From IMG/VR virus record IMGVR_UViG_3300043411_000910, positions 1-64,000 of that record: DNA of 64,000 bases; one strand, 5' to 3'. Each line of letters opens with the position of its first letter. Positions within the stretch are counted from its first letter, which is position 1. Below are positions 38,363-50,000 of the stretch, piece by piece. A model generated the notes under the pieces. The model was not told where the DNA came from. It made no database searches and worked only from the letters and a program-made list of their open reading frames with translations. Made by a program: the position numbers and the translations under genes. Origin of the DNA: a virus.

Positions 38363-40579
38363 ATGCCTTGTGATATTAATGATATTGATGTAAAAATAAC
38401 TTCGCCAACTGGACCTTCTATACCAGGATTTGGCTCTCCTTTCAGTATTAGTCTTCCACAAAACCTATTTCAATTTCCAAATGGTTTTCCACAAAATCTT
38501 TTGGATATGTTTAATAAATTTAACATTAATTTACCAATAGGTCAATTAAAGTCACCACTTAATCCTAATTTCGGTAGAGATGCTTTTGATTCAATAATGA
38601 AATTATTGGATCAATTTTTTCCATTTCTAATGCTTTATAAATTCTTCTTACCAATACTAAATCTAATAGTTTGTATAATAGAAGTTATTTGTAGTTTAAA
38701 GAATCCTTTCAAGTTAAGAAGAGCTATACTTAGACTATTTAGAAACTGTATTCCAGATTTTCTAAGTCTATTTCCTATATTTGCTCTTATAGTAATGATA
38801 ATATCTTTGCTATTATTAATTCTACAATTGATAGAATATATATTAGAGCAATTAAAAAAACTAATAGATGCTATTTTAAAAAACATAGCTACATTAGAGC
38901 ATGCTATCAGTATAGCCGACGAAGAATCCATATTAGCTGCGTCTAAAAAATTCGCTGGATTTTTATGTTTTTTCCAAAACATATTTGTTATACTAGCTGC
39001 TTTCGCTGTACTCATACAAGCAATAAAAGAAATACTAAAGATAAAATTCAGAATCCCACCATGTGATAGTGATTCTGCTTCTAATATAACAGAAGAAGAG
39101 TTTTTAAATCAATGCTGCGGAACTGATGTTTGCCCAAGTGTAGTTAAAGAAAATATCAATAGATCAACTGGATCATTTCAACATTATAATAAAGTTGTTC
39201 TTGTATCTTCAGTAGATCTAGGGTATGTTGTTGATCCAAATGCTGGAACTAAGTTAACCCAAACAATAAGAAATTCATCATTTCAGCTTTATGATACAGC
39301 ACAAGCTATAAGTGAAAGATTCTTGAATGTTATTGATGGATATGATATCCCAGATTTTATTGTGCCTAAGCCAGTATTCTTTCCAACAGATGCTAGCTAT
39401 TCAGCTTCAACTAATCCAAAGCAAGCGGCTTATACTGTTGATTTAGATTTATTCTATAATCCAACTTCATATGATAGGAACAATGTTTTAGTTGATGGCT
39501 CTCCGCGCAGAGTTAAGTTTAAAGATTGTATAGTTCTTGCGGCGCCCTCGACTTCGCTTTTGGATTTCCAGAATGCTACGGCTTCGGTGGCTAATGGTGT
39601 AATATTGTTGGCTGGCGGATCTGGATATGAAGAAGATGGTACTACAAAATTGTTAGGATATTTTTCAGATGGATACACGCAAATTTCATCTCAAGCTACT
39701 CTAGAAACATTTTTAATGATGAAACCATTATATGATACGAGTCCAGAGCTAAAAGTAACTGATGGTTATTTATACTCTGATGTTCAATATGAATTCAAAC
39801 CAAACTTTGATTTGTTATTTAGCAAAGATCTTGTTACTGGAGGATGTTCACCAGATGTTGAATTTAATAGAGTGTTTATAAATTCAACAGTTGGTGGTGA
39901 TGCTAATATAAGATTTGCAGCTTTATCAGCATTAGTTAATTCAGATGGGTCTGGAGAAAACAATGGTATAGATGGAACAAATAATCCTCCATTTAAGTTC
40001 CCAAATATAACAAATGCACAAAACTGTTTAAATGCATCAATAGAAGGGTTAAGGAGAAATTTCAATAGAGAACAAGTTGCAATATTTAATACATCAATAA
40101 CTTCATGTTTAGATAACTTAAAGCAAGAATCATTAAATGCAATAGGTGAATTGGTTGGTATTGGATTTGATCAATATAAGTCAACATTTACTATTGACCC
40201 AGTTTCTCAATTTACAACTAAAACAATAAAAGTAAAAGTTGATTTACTTGACTCAAACTCACAATCGATAACAAATAATCTAACCCAAGAAGTTTCTGAT
40301 TTAATTGCAAAAGAAATAACTGCATCTGTAACTTTTGGAAGTGTTAGTGACTTTGTTTATGATGGAAGTAGATATTTCGTTGCGAGTATATCAGCTGATC
40401 AATCAGGATCAGGTACAATATCTGTAGAATATCAAAACAAACAATTTACTACTCTAACAATACCAGATGATTTAGATGTTAATCCTTCATCTACTGCATT
40501 AGTATTAGATTATACATTCATATATGTCGATGCTCTAAATGACAATGGACAAGTAAGAAGAGACATATCAGATCTATAA
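38363..40579 (+). CDS. Baseplate-region protein with long hydrophobic helices and a C-terminal Ig-like domain
   Basis: TAAGGA RBS; LFPIFALIVMIISLLLLILQLI segment; beta-sandwich C-terminus. Confidence 0.7.
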   Translation: MPCDINDIDVKITSPTGPSIPGFGSPFSISLPQNLFQFPNGFPQNLLDMFNKFNINLPIGQLKSPLNPNFGRDAFDSIMKLLDQFFPFLMLYKFFLPILNLIVCIIEVICSLKNPFKLRRAILRLFRNCIPDFLSLFPIFALIVMIISLLLLILQLIEYILEQLKKLIDAILKNIATLEHAISIADEESILAASKKFAGFLCFFQNIFVILAAFAVLIQAIKEILKIKFRIPPCDSDSASNITEEEFLNQCCGTDVCPSVVKENINRSTGSFQHYNKVVLVSSVDLGYVVDPNAGTKLTQTIRNSSFQLYDTAQAISERFLNVIDGYDIPDFIVPKPVFFPTDASYSASTNPKQAAYTVDLDLFYNPTSYDRNNVLVDGSPRRVKFKDCIVLAAPSTSLLDFQNATASVANGVILLAGGSGYEEDGTTKLLGYFSDGYTQISSQATLETFLMMKPLYDTSPELKVTDGYLYSDVQYEFKPNFDLLFSKDLVTGGCSPDVEFNRVFINSTVGGDANIRFAALSALVNSDGSGENNGIDGTNNPPFKFPNITNAQNCLNASIEGLRRNFNREQVAIFNTSITSCLDNLKQESLNAIGELVGIGFDQYKSTFTIDPVSQFTTKTIKVKVDLLDSNSQSITNNLTQEVSDLIAKEITASVTFGSVSDFVYDGSRYFVASISADQSGSGTISVEYQNKQFTTLTIPDDLDVNPSSTALVLDYTFIYVDALNDNGQVRRDISDL

Positions 40580-40588
40580 TAAGGTACT

Positions 40589-42175
40589 ATGAGCGATAAC
40601 CAAGAGATTTTCAAAAATTTCCAACAATATGAAATTGACCTAGATATTATTTATGATCAATTCATAAAGCCACTAGACTCCATTAGAAGCTTTATTAATG
40701 TTAATAGCGCTTCTAATGAGGGTTTATTTAAGAAAGTCTCAGTTAATAATATAATGGGAGTATCTAGATTCTCTATAGAAGAAAAATATCAAGAAAGCAG
40801 AATTCATGCTTTCTTCAGGATGATTGGATTTCCTGTCATTGGTAATGATAATTCTTTTTATAATCCAGGGTTTGATTTAAATAGAAATAAATCAATATCA
40901 CTAGAGTCAAAGATAAATATAATAAACAATCCTAAAGAAGGTTATTATAAATTCTCAAAATTTAAAGAGGGATATTATAATGATAAGGTAAAAAGATATT
41001 TTAAATCACAAGATTTAGATTCTTCTTGTTATATCTTGTCTTCTTACAATATAAGAGATTTCAGTGATTTTGAATCTAAATATGTGAATCCAATAGATTT
41101 TGAAGTTGAGGATCAAAGCTATCTTATTACGCTTGAAGATTCAATTGGCAATCCATTTTTAAAGTATGAAGATTCTGCTGGCGATAACCCAAAGACTTTA
41201 AATCCAAAAAGATATCACTTTATATTTCCATTTATTGTAGATGGTAGAATAGATATTTCTTGTTCTAAAAAAGTAGCTGTCCCATTTGTGCCAGATAAAA
41301 CTTATCTTGATTTAAATGAAGGTTATGTATGTCCAAGACCATATATAGAAAAGATAATAAGAGAAAGATTTGACCAGTCAAATAATAATAAAGATCTAGG
41401 TCAAGCTTTTAATGATGAAATAAATAGAGTTAAGCTAAATAAAATTTATACATCAACAGATCTTATAGATAAAATCTATAGTAGCGATATTTATGGAGTT
41501 AGTGAAAAGAACCAATTCAACAAATTCATAAACATAAGTTTAGCTATAGTAGATAAAATAAGGCTTAGTAGAATAGATATACAAAAGGCACAATCTTTTA
41601 CCTATTGGAATCCAATGCCATCTATAGATGGTCCAGAGTATTCTATTAGAAATCAAAATGTATATTTACAATCAGCAAAGAATTTGCAAAAGAAAGTAGA
41701 TTTAGATATTTGTGATTTACAAACAAAAATAATTGTAAACCTTCTAAATACTCAACTAAATAAAATATCTAATACTAACTCCCAATTTAATTTTGACGCC
41801 TTCTCTCAAAATGTTCAAGATGATAATCCTGGATTAGGATCAACATTAGAATCCCAGATAGAATCTTTAAATAAGAAAAGAGAAAGTATTTGCAAAAAAG
41901 GCTCAGATGGTTTAAAAACAATAGAATTATTAACTGGAGAATTCAGTGGGCTTGGGTTGATAGATATGATTGTTATCATAACTAGTTTATATTTGGTTGA
42001 TAAAATATATTTGTTAGGATTACTTGATGATGATTCTTTTAATAGGGCAAAGCTAATTTTAAACTTTACTGAAGAGCGTGCAAGTGTTATGAATTCTATA
42101 TTAGAGATACAAAAGAAAAGTTTAGAGTTATACTCTATATTTCAAACAACTATGAATGAGTATAGTAAAATATAA
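40589..42175 (+). CDS. Hypothetical protein in the baseplate cluster
   Basis: 528 aa with a TAAGG RBS; motifs ESRIHAFFRMIGFP and GEFSGLGLID. Confidence 0.75.
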   Translation: MSDNQEIFKNFQQYEIDLDIIYDQFIKPLDSIRSFINVNSASNEGLFKKVSVNNIMGVSRFSIEEKYQESRIHAFFRMIGFPVIGNDNSFYNPGFDLNRNKSISLESKINIINNPKEGYYKFSKFKEGYYNDKVKRYFKSQDLDSSCYILSSYNIRDFSDFESKYVNPIDFEVEDQSYLITLEDSIGNPFLKYEDSAGDNPKTLNPKRYHFIFPFIVDGRIDISCSKKVAVPFVPDKTYLDLNEGYVCPRPYIEKIIRERFDQSNNNKDLGQAFNDEINRVKLNKIYTSTDLIDKIYSSDIYGVSEKNQFNKFINISLAIVDKIRLSRIDIQKAQSFTYWNPMPSIDGPEYSIRNQNVYLQSAKNLQKKVDLDICDLQTKIIVNLLNTQLNKISNTNSQFNFDAFSQNVQDDNPGLGSTLESQIESLNKKRESICKKGSDGLKTIELLTGEFSGLGLIDMIVIITSLYLVDKIYLLGLLDDDSFNRAKLILNFTEERASVMNSILEIQKKSLELYSIFQTTMNEYSKI

Positions 42176-42176
42176 A

Positions 42177-42506
42177 TTAATCATAAGCCGTTGAAATTTC
42201 TATTTCAGCAACTAGCTTGTTTTTACCATTTATGTTTTTTATTATGTACTTTGGTTTATGAAATGTCCCAGCGATGTATTCTTGTATTACCATCTGAAAA
42301 ACTTCTTCATTATCTATAATATGTATGTTATGTTCATTGAATAATTCTCTTAACATATATTTTATTTCTACTGAGTCTTGGGATTTAAAGATACCATTAT
42401 CATTGATTTCCAGACATTTTAGAAGTTCTTTTATGAAAATGAATAAATGCCTTTGTTCAAAGTTTTCTTTATTCTCATATAGATCTAGAACGAACAATTG
42501 TTTCAT
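42177..42506 (-). CDS. Hypothetical protein (opposite strand)
   Basis: Fills the gap between 42175 and 42529 almost exactly; start MKQLFV at 42506. Confidence 0.65.
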   Translation of the reverse strand: MKQLFVLDLYENKENFEQRHLFIFIKELLKCLEINDNGIFKSQDSVEIKYMLRELFNEHNIHIIDNEEVFQMVIQEYIAGTFHKPKYIIKNINGKNKLVAEIEISTAYD

Positions 42507-42528
42507 AAACAAATATGTTTATAGGGAT

Positions 42529-42963
42529 ATGATGTCATTTGATTTTAAACTTAAAGATGGAAGTGTAAGTATTGTTGATGGTGAACTTGAAATAGTTCAA
42601 GACTCTGAAAAATTAATACAGGATGTTTTGAAGATATGTTTAACACCTGTTGGGTCAAATTATTTGAATCCTTGGTATGGGTCTTATTTGAGTAAATCTG
42701 TAGTTGGCTCTTCAGAAGATCCTAAGCTTATAATAAATATAGCTAAATCACAATTATCAAAAGCTATAGAAAATTTAAAGAAAATGCAAGATATGCAGAT
42801 TAAAAATTTTCAACAAGTATCAGCAGATGAACAGATATCATCTATAAGATCTATTGACGTTTTTCAAGACAATAATAATCCAGGAGTCTATAATATAAAT
42901 ATAACAATTATCTCTAAGGGATTTAAAGCTATATCTACTAGATTTACTCTATCAACAATATAA
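42529..42963 (+). CDS. Baseplate wedge subunit, gp25-like (sheath initiator)
   Basis: KLIQDVLKICLTPVGSNYLNPWYGS is a gp25/GpW signature; start MMSFDF at 42529. Confidence 0.85.
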   Translation: MMSFDFKLKDGSVSIVDGELEIVQDSEKLIQDVLKICLTPVGSNYLNPWYGSYLSKSVVGSSEDPKLIINIAKSQLSKAIENLKKMQDMQIKNFQQVSADEQISSIRSIDVFQDNNNPGVYNINITIISKGFKAISTRFTLSTI

Positions 42964-42982
42964 GTTGTATAAGAAGGTTTAA

Positions 42983-45900
42983 ATGGTTTCAATCAGAAAT
43001 ACTAATGAAATAATACTAAGTTTAATTGATTTTTACAGAACAGTAAAGCCTAATCTAAACACTAACCCAGGCTCTTATACAAATGATGTTTTTATATCTC
43101 CACTAGCTTCACAACTATCACTTCTTTATGATCAAATATCTAACATATCATCTAAACAATCTTTAAGGTTGGTTATTGGAAGCGATCTTGATAAGTTTGC
43201 AAAAAACTTTGGAATATCTAGAGCTGGTTCTACTTCTTCGTCAGGGGTAGTTTTAGCTACATTTTCATCATTGAATGCTAATTTTTCTATTAAGAAAAAT
43301 GATGTTTTCATATCTAACAATGGTGTATCATTTGTTGCTACCTCAAACATACCAATAAGTATTAGTAACTCTAACTTTTATAAATCAATAGCATTGAAAT
43401 ATAAAAACGATTTGGATGCAAATAACATAACTGATGTATATGCGGTCGAAGTTCCTTTAGTTTGCTCTAATGCTGGAACAATAGGTAACATAGCTAAATA
43501 CTCAATGTCTAGAACAAATGTTTCTGGAATAAATAATGTTATCAACCCAAATTCGTTTGGTGGTGGATCTGATAAAGAAAACGATGCTATTTTTAGAGAC
43601 AGGATTCTTTCAGTTTTTACTGGATCAAGTGTTGGAACTAATCTTGGTTATTTAAACTCTACATTAGCTGTATCTGGAGTACTAGATGCTTTTGTTGTAG
43701 AGCCAGGTGACACTCTTATGACAAGAGACGGTACTGTTGTAAATAAAGCCCTTGATGGAACTTTGACTATTGTAAGTGAAGGTTCAGGTGGTAAGGTAGA
43801 TATAGTTGTTCTTGGTGACTCTAATCAGGAAACAACAGATTCTTTTATATTTCTAGACAAATCAAATGAATCTAATATATCAAATTCAAAAAATGATTAC
43901 ACCATTGGTCAAATATCTGGTGAAGAAAATAAATCCATAAAAAGAAAAAGAATAGATAATATCAAAGCTGGTGTTTTGCCAAATCAACCAATTTCAGCAA
44001 TAACAAAAGTATCAGGAAGCCTTAGCGGTTCAAATTTCAAAGAAAAAACAGTTGATTCTTATGGTAGAGTATCAGGTAACTATGAACTATTAAAAGATAG
44101 TGGTTATTACTCTGAAAGTCCATGGGCATTAGATAAATTACATTGGATATCAGATAGGATTGAAGAGTTTCAAGAGGATCGTATAAAAAATCAAATATAT
44201 GGTCAAGATACTCTTAATTTCACAGGAACAATAAGAATACCAAAAGTAACTCAACAGGTACAAATATTAAATGAGAATAGTAAAATAACTTCTGATAGAA
44301 GTATAATACAACTATTACATTATCCAGTGACTAATGTTACTAGAGTATTTAATACAAATACTGGTGAAAGGTATATTGTATCTAATCAAAATCCAGATGG
44401 TTCAGGATCAATAAATACAACTGGTAGAATAAAAATATCAGGAGGTACTTTACCAACACAAAGCACAACACTACAGGTTGATTACTCTTGGGTTGTTGAC
44501 TATGATTCTACTTTAGATTATGATGGGTTAGAGAATACAAGAAATATAAGAAGTGTTAGTGATAGTATTGATTGGGGGTACTCCGGAATTGTTAGGGATG
44601 AAAAAATAAAACTAACTTTAGATTCTGGAGGATCTTTTTACTCTGGAAAATCTTTATTACCAATAAACAATATAGTATCTTGTTTTCAATATGATCAATT
44701 TGTTTCTCAGGTATACAAAATAACTTCAGGTGTTTATGTTGATAGGTTGGCTGTAACTATATCAAATATAAATGTAGAACCTGCCTCAGTATATAAGGTA
44801 ACCAAACTAAATACTAACATAGATGTATATAATACCAATTCAGCTGATTATAAAACCTCTTCATCAACATCATTGTTTGGTTTAGAAACAGTATACAATT
44901 TAACAATCATACTACCAAGTGATACTACAGTAATAGAAAATAATTATGTTTCAATTTATCTAAATAGTTCAGAGATATTTTCTGTAGATGATGTTGTTGG
45001 GTCTTTTTCTAATTTTGATATCACCATACCAATAATAAATACAACTAAAACAGCTGAAGAAATATATGTTTTGGTTAATTATATATCTAACGCCCAAAAT
45101 GTTTATAATTCAAGTATAACAAATTTACCAAATTCATTATTTAATAATGGTTTGTATTCAGCTCAATCACAAAAAACATCTAACATAACAAATCCAATAT
45201 TCTCAGAGTCTTTAAAGGTAAAGACGAATACAAATTCAGAGCTTTATATAGAAACAAGTTTAACTTCTGATTTGTTTGATGTTAGCGTTAATGATGTTTT
45301 AACTATTGTCAAAGTTTCTAATAATTTTGAACTTTGGAATAGCGCACATTTAGGATCAATAGCATTATCTGATGCAAATAAAGTTCAGCTGATATTATCA
45401 GGGTACAATTCTCCTGTTGATGGAGATGTTGTTACTGTTGTAATGATACCAAAACAAATTTCAAGATTTCAGCCAATCACAAGGCAATCAAACAATATCC
45501 AGTATTCTTTATGCCAGGGATCATCTACTGTGGCAATATCAAATTTCATAGTAGAATCAGAAATAGAGTTTAGTATATCATCTATGTCAGATGGATATGA
45601 AATCGTATCATATACTGATGGATATGTTTCTTCAACCGATGATAATATTTGTATATTTTCTTCACTAACATACAGCTTCTCATTGCTTGATAATGTAAAG
45701 AATTACATAGTAAAAATAAAATCGGGGTCAAATATAGGGGATCATTATGTACTTGATTATGAGCAATCTGACAATACGATTACAATAGGCAATGATTATA
45801 ATAATACAACTATAAATAACTACTCGTTAATCAAAATTGCTGACGCTAAAGAAATACCAATAACAAGTGTAGATTATACAAACAATAGATTAAACATAAA

Positions 45901-47014
45901 TAACACTTCTACAAATATATTAAGTCCAGATAAATTTGTTCTTGTGAAATATGAAAACAATATTTTAAGAACTTCATATGGAAGATTAAGCTTAAGTGTT
46001 TCTGATCAAGTAATAAATGCTGGAAGCGTTAATATATATGGTGATACTATATATAAAGCAACAGATGTAGTTTTTTCACAAATCTACAATGATTACAAAG
46101 TAAATTTATCTGAAGCTATTAAAACAGCTATGGGTAAAAATTCAAATTATCAAATACCATCTGGAATAAAACTAGTTGGTGTTGTTGATTTGAGAAAAGT
46201 TACAACTGATTCTAATAACATTGTAATTTCAGAAGTTTTAAAATATGATTTATATAATGCTAAGTTGAGCAACAATAATTATTACAATAATGAATTAGAT
46301 TCTTCTATAAATCAATATGATTTAGTTATACCAAAAACATCTATAAATACAATAAACAAACCATCAATAGGCGATAAATTAATGTGTAGCTTCTATTATG
46401 TTTTAGAGAATGATAGCGAAACACTATCATTTACAAGAAACTCTACACTGTACACGAATAAGAAGTTTGCAAATATTAAAAAGATGGCTGTATCCAGTGG
46501 ATTCAAATCATCTCTATCAACAAAATTGAACGTTAATTTGTTTAATCAACCATCTACTAATTCTAGATATTCTGTTTATTATGACTATACTGCCCCAAAG
46601 CAAAATGAAAGAATAACTGTAGATTATACTTATAACAAGCTTATATCTGATGTTCAATTAGCTATAGAGGCATCAAGACCAATAAATGCCGATGTGCTTG
46701 TGAAAGCATCTTCAAAAGTAATAGTAGATGTTTCTATTTTAATCTATGTAGATTCTTCTGTGGGATTGTCCGAGACTTCTGTGAAACAAAACGTGTCTAA
46801 TGCTATAACTTCAACTGTAAATGTTTTGGCTTTAGGTAGGACATTAGATGATATAGATATTACAAATGCTGCTGATGCAACTACAGGTGTATTAAAATCA
46901 AAAATATTATATTTTAACGTATCTGGATCAAGCGGCTCTGTTTCAAAAATTGTAGCGCAAAAAAATGAATACTTCAATATAGGAACAGTTTCTATTACAT
47001 CGGAAATTAGATGA
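42983..47014 (+). CDS. Baseplate J/gp6-like wedge protein with a large internal insertion
   Basis: GSDLDKFAKNFGISR, AGTIGN, FGGGSDKENDAIFRDRI and GGKVDIVV; C-terminal J-like segment. Confidence 0.88.
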   Translation: MVSIRNTNEIILSLIDFYRTVKPNLNTNPGSYTNDVFISPLASQLSLLYDQISNISSKQSLRLVIGSDLDKFAKNFGISRAGSTSSSGVVLATFSSLNANFSIKKNDVFISNNGVSFVATSNIPISISNSNFYKSIALKYKNDLDANNITDVYAVEVPLVCSNAGTIGNIAKYSMSRTNVSGINNVINPNSFGGGSDKENDAIFRDRILSVFTGSSVGTNLGYLNSTLAVSGVLDAFVVEPGDTLMTRDGTVVNKALDGTLTIVSEGSGGKVDIVVLGDSNQETTDSFIFLDKSNESNISNSKNDYTIGQISGEENKSIKRKRIDNIKAGVLPNQPISAITKVSGSLSGSNFKEKTVDSYGRVSGNYELLKDSGYYSESPWALDKLHWISDRIEEFQEDRIKNQIYGQDTLNFTGTIRIPKVTQQVQILNENSKITSDRSIIQLLHYPVTNVTRVFNTNTGERYIVSNQNPDGSGSINTTGRIKISGGTLPTQSTTLQVDYSWVVDYDSTLDYDGLENTRNIRSVSDSIDWGYSGIVRDEKIKLTLDSGGSFYSGKSLLPINNIVSCFQYDQFVSQVYKITSGVYVDRLAVTISNINVEPASVYKVTKLNTNIDVYNTNSADYKTSSSTSLFGLETVYNLTIILPSDTTVIENNYVSIYLNSSEIFSVDDVVGSFSNFDITIPIINTTKTAEEIYVLVNYISNAQNVYNSSITNLPNSLFNNGLYSAQSQKTSNITNPIFSESLKVKTNTNSELYIETSLTSDLFDVSVNDVLTIVKVSNNFELWNSAHLGSIALSDANKVQLILSGYNSPVDGDVVTVVMIPKQISRFQPITRQSNNIQYSLCQGSSTVAISNFIVESEIEFSISSMSDGYEIVSYTDGYVSSTDDNICIFSSLTYSFSLLDNVKNYIVKIKSGSNIGDHYVLDYEQSDNTITIGNDYNNTTINNYSLIKIADAKEIPITSVDYTNNRLNINNTSTNILSPDKFVLVKYENNILRTSYGRLSLSVSDQVINAGSVNIYGDTIYKATDVVFSQIYNDYKVNLSEAIKTAMGKNSNYQIPSGIKLVGVVDLRKVTTDSNNIVISEVLKYDLYNAKLSNNNYYNNELDSSINQYDLVIPKTSINTINKPSIGDKLMCSFYYVLENDSETLSFTRNSTLYTNKKFANIKKMAVSSGFKSSLSTKLNVNLFNQPSTNSRYSVYYDYTAPKQNERITVDYTYNKLISDVQLAIEASRPINADVLVKASSKVIVDVSILIYVDSSVGLSETSVKQNVSNAITSTVNVLALGRTLDDIDITNAADATTGVLKSKILYFNVSGSSGSVSKIVAQKNEYFNIGTVSITSEIR

Positions 47015-50000
47015 ATAATTTGAGAATAGTTAATGTTGAAATAAAGTCAAGCACATCAGTGGTTATTGAATTTTCTGATAAGTTATATAAAAATTTATCA
47101 GAAGATAATTTTACAATAACTTGTGATGTGAATTCAGTTCCAGACTCTAAAGTATTATCTATACTAGTTAAGAATGAGTTTGTTTTTCTTGAAGTACAAC
47201 CACTTACTCCTTTCGTAAAATATAAATTAACAGCAGTAAATACACCAGCAAAAATAATATCTCTAGAAAATAAATATCAGCTATCAGAGGATGGAGTATC
47301 AAATACATTTAGTTTTTTAGGTCCAATACAAGATGATAATGTTTTTAAAAACATATTGTTTTCACTTCTAAAAGATTCTGTATACAATGTTCATTCTCAA
47401 AATACATATGAATCAAACATACTAGATGCTTTATCTAAATATTTAGATAAAGCATTGGATGATATCAATCAAGTAAAGAATGAAAATTATTTATTTTTTG
47501 ATGTAATAGATGAACAAAAGGTAAGGGGATCAGGTCCATTTGATAAGCTAAATGAAGGTAGTGCATTTAAAATATCAAGAGTTTCAAGATCTCCAAGTAA
47601 CAAAAAATCAGAATTGAATTTATCCATAAATCCATCTGAACAAAAACTAATATCTTTACAACAAGAGCTTACTACGGAAATATTTAATGGCTCTAAACTA
47701 TCTAGTTTCGATCCAAATTCATTGGTATTAAATCTATCTAAAAGTAATGTTATTAGAGTATCTAGTATTTCTTTTACTTTGAATACATCAAATCCAAACT
47801 ATACATATGATATAGAAAAATTTGGCTACCAGTTAAAAGAAAACAAATATGATGAATTTGCGTTCAAATATCTTTTGCTAGATGATAATCAACTAAAACT
47901 AAGCAATGGCTTGTTATTAGATTCTAATTTTGATATATCGAAAATAATAAAAATAGAAGTTAGTTATTATTGGAAAAACTTAGCCATACTACCTTCTGAT
48001 ACAGTGAATGTTTTTACAATAGCTAGATCTAATTATGAACTAATAAATCCAATAGTAAATAAATTTAATCTAAAGTATAGTAACATAGTTGATTCAGATG
48101 GAAACTCAATCAAATCAAATGGGTTGATTATAAAGAATACTGAATCGAACTCAACTCATCAGGCATTTTTATACGAAATAGATTATAACTTAGATGCACT
48201 GCCATTTAGAGCTGGTCAATATTGCGTTGATTATAGCTCGGGAACGTGTTTTGTTTATGGAGAAGATTCTAGAAATAATGGGACTGGAGAATTCCCTCCA
48301 TTGATTTCATACTACCATAAAAATTCATATAAAGATAGTATTGACTATACTTATGATTCATCTAATTATGATTTTGCAGTGATGCCAATGGGCAGTTTAA
48401 CAGAAACTAATTTTATCATAAATTTTCAATATGAGTCTGTGCTAATAGATGGTAAAGACTATGTTTCATTTTTACATGAAGAATCTTTAAATGAATCTGT
48501 AGAAAATAATCTAGTAGCTTTGAATGTGCTAAAAACCAAAAATTATCCAGTAACAAATGTATTTGATATTTATAATCAAACAACTGGTGAAAAGTATACA
48601 GTTAGTAGGTTTGAAGATGATAAAGTTTACTTTAAATATATAAATGCTCCCAATGTAAAATCGATAACAAAAGAGCCAATAAATTTTTCATCTATATCAG
48701 ATGAACTTATAGTTAATGACATTGTTACTAACTTAAATTCACTTTTGATAGCCAAGTGTGAACTATCTAAAACGAATATCCTATCTAGGACTTTTGATTC
48801 TCTTGGTAACTTTACAAATACTACATTTGTGCCAACGGATAGAGAAATATTTAAAACAGAATATAATTATCTAGAAGTTTTATCTAGCACAGAGAACTCA
48901 AATAAATTAAATAATCTTGGTGATTATTTGGTTGATTATAGAAATGGTGTTGTTTACTGTGCCATAGCAACTTCTTTAGATAATCTTGGTTTTTGTAATT
49001 ATTATTACTCAGAGATAATTACAACGAATAAACATATACTATCAGTTGATGACTTATATAGATTATATAATACCAAATCAAAAATAGAATATACTTCATT
49101 TACAGATTCTTCCATAACATTTGACATGGATAAAGTATCAGCTGAATATGGTTTAAACGCACAATATCCATATTATATAAAAGATAAATATATAGGTACT
49201 TTTGGATCATCATTTTCTTATGGTGTTAAAGACAACATATCATCTTTAAATGGTGTATATGAATATCTAGATTTTAAGAATTCAAAATTCCCTGTTAACT
49301 TCTCACAAACATCAAACTTTTCAGGAACAAATATAATAGTAGAAAGTGTAAGTAAACAATATACACTAGAAACCAAGTATTCAGAAGATGGCTATTATGT
49401 TGATCTAGATAATGATGTTTCTTACAAATCACCAAATATACAATATAGTTTCACAGTACAAGATGAATTTGCTGCTCAAATAACTGTATTAAGCTTTGAT
49501 ATTTCTAATGGCAATAAACTATTCATAGATGTAGCTATGGAAGGATTATTGGTTAATGTTGTTTCAGAATTTTCAATTAATGATGTATCTAATATTGTTG
49601 TTGATCATAGCTCTGGACCAATCTTAGTTGATTATTCTTATCTAGTAGATGAGATATTGGTTAGCTATGAATATGGAGAAAATGTAATTGATTTCAGGTT
49701 GAGTGAAACTGTAAAAAAAGATGATATCTATTACGTCTCATATAAAGTTGGTGCATTAAGAGATGCTCTAATAAGAAATTTCGGAACATTAATAAATATT
49801 CCAGAGCTAGCTACATTTGATACTCAGCTGGAAAGAGAAAGATATAGGGATGCTATATTTGCAGCTTTAAGTTCTTTTATAAAAGGTTCAACTTCTGATT
49901 CTATAAAAAATATAGTTTATAATATAGCTCACACACAACCAAACATAACAGAATCAAATTTAAACGCATGGGAATTGGGCTACAACATACTAGAGCCTTC

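Noticed and set aside
42325-42528. N-terminal extension of the gp25-like ORF
   Set aside because: It overlaps the reverse-strand gene; gp25 similarity and an AGGGA site point to 42529.
229-42528. AAT-W5-G..TA late promoter consensus before structural genes
   Set aside because: Suggestive at several starts but too degenerate to separate from AT-rich background by eye.
22750-47014. Bacterial contractile injection system or tailocin rather than a phage
   Set aside because: Capsid, neck, helicase and homing elements in the same locus indicate a phage genome.
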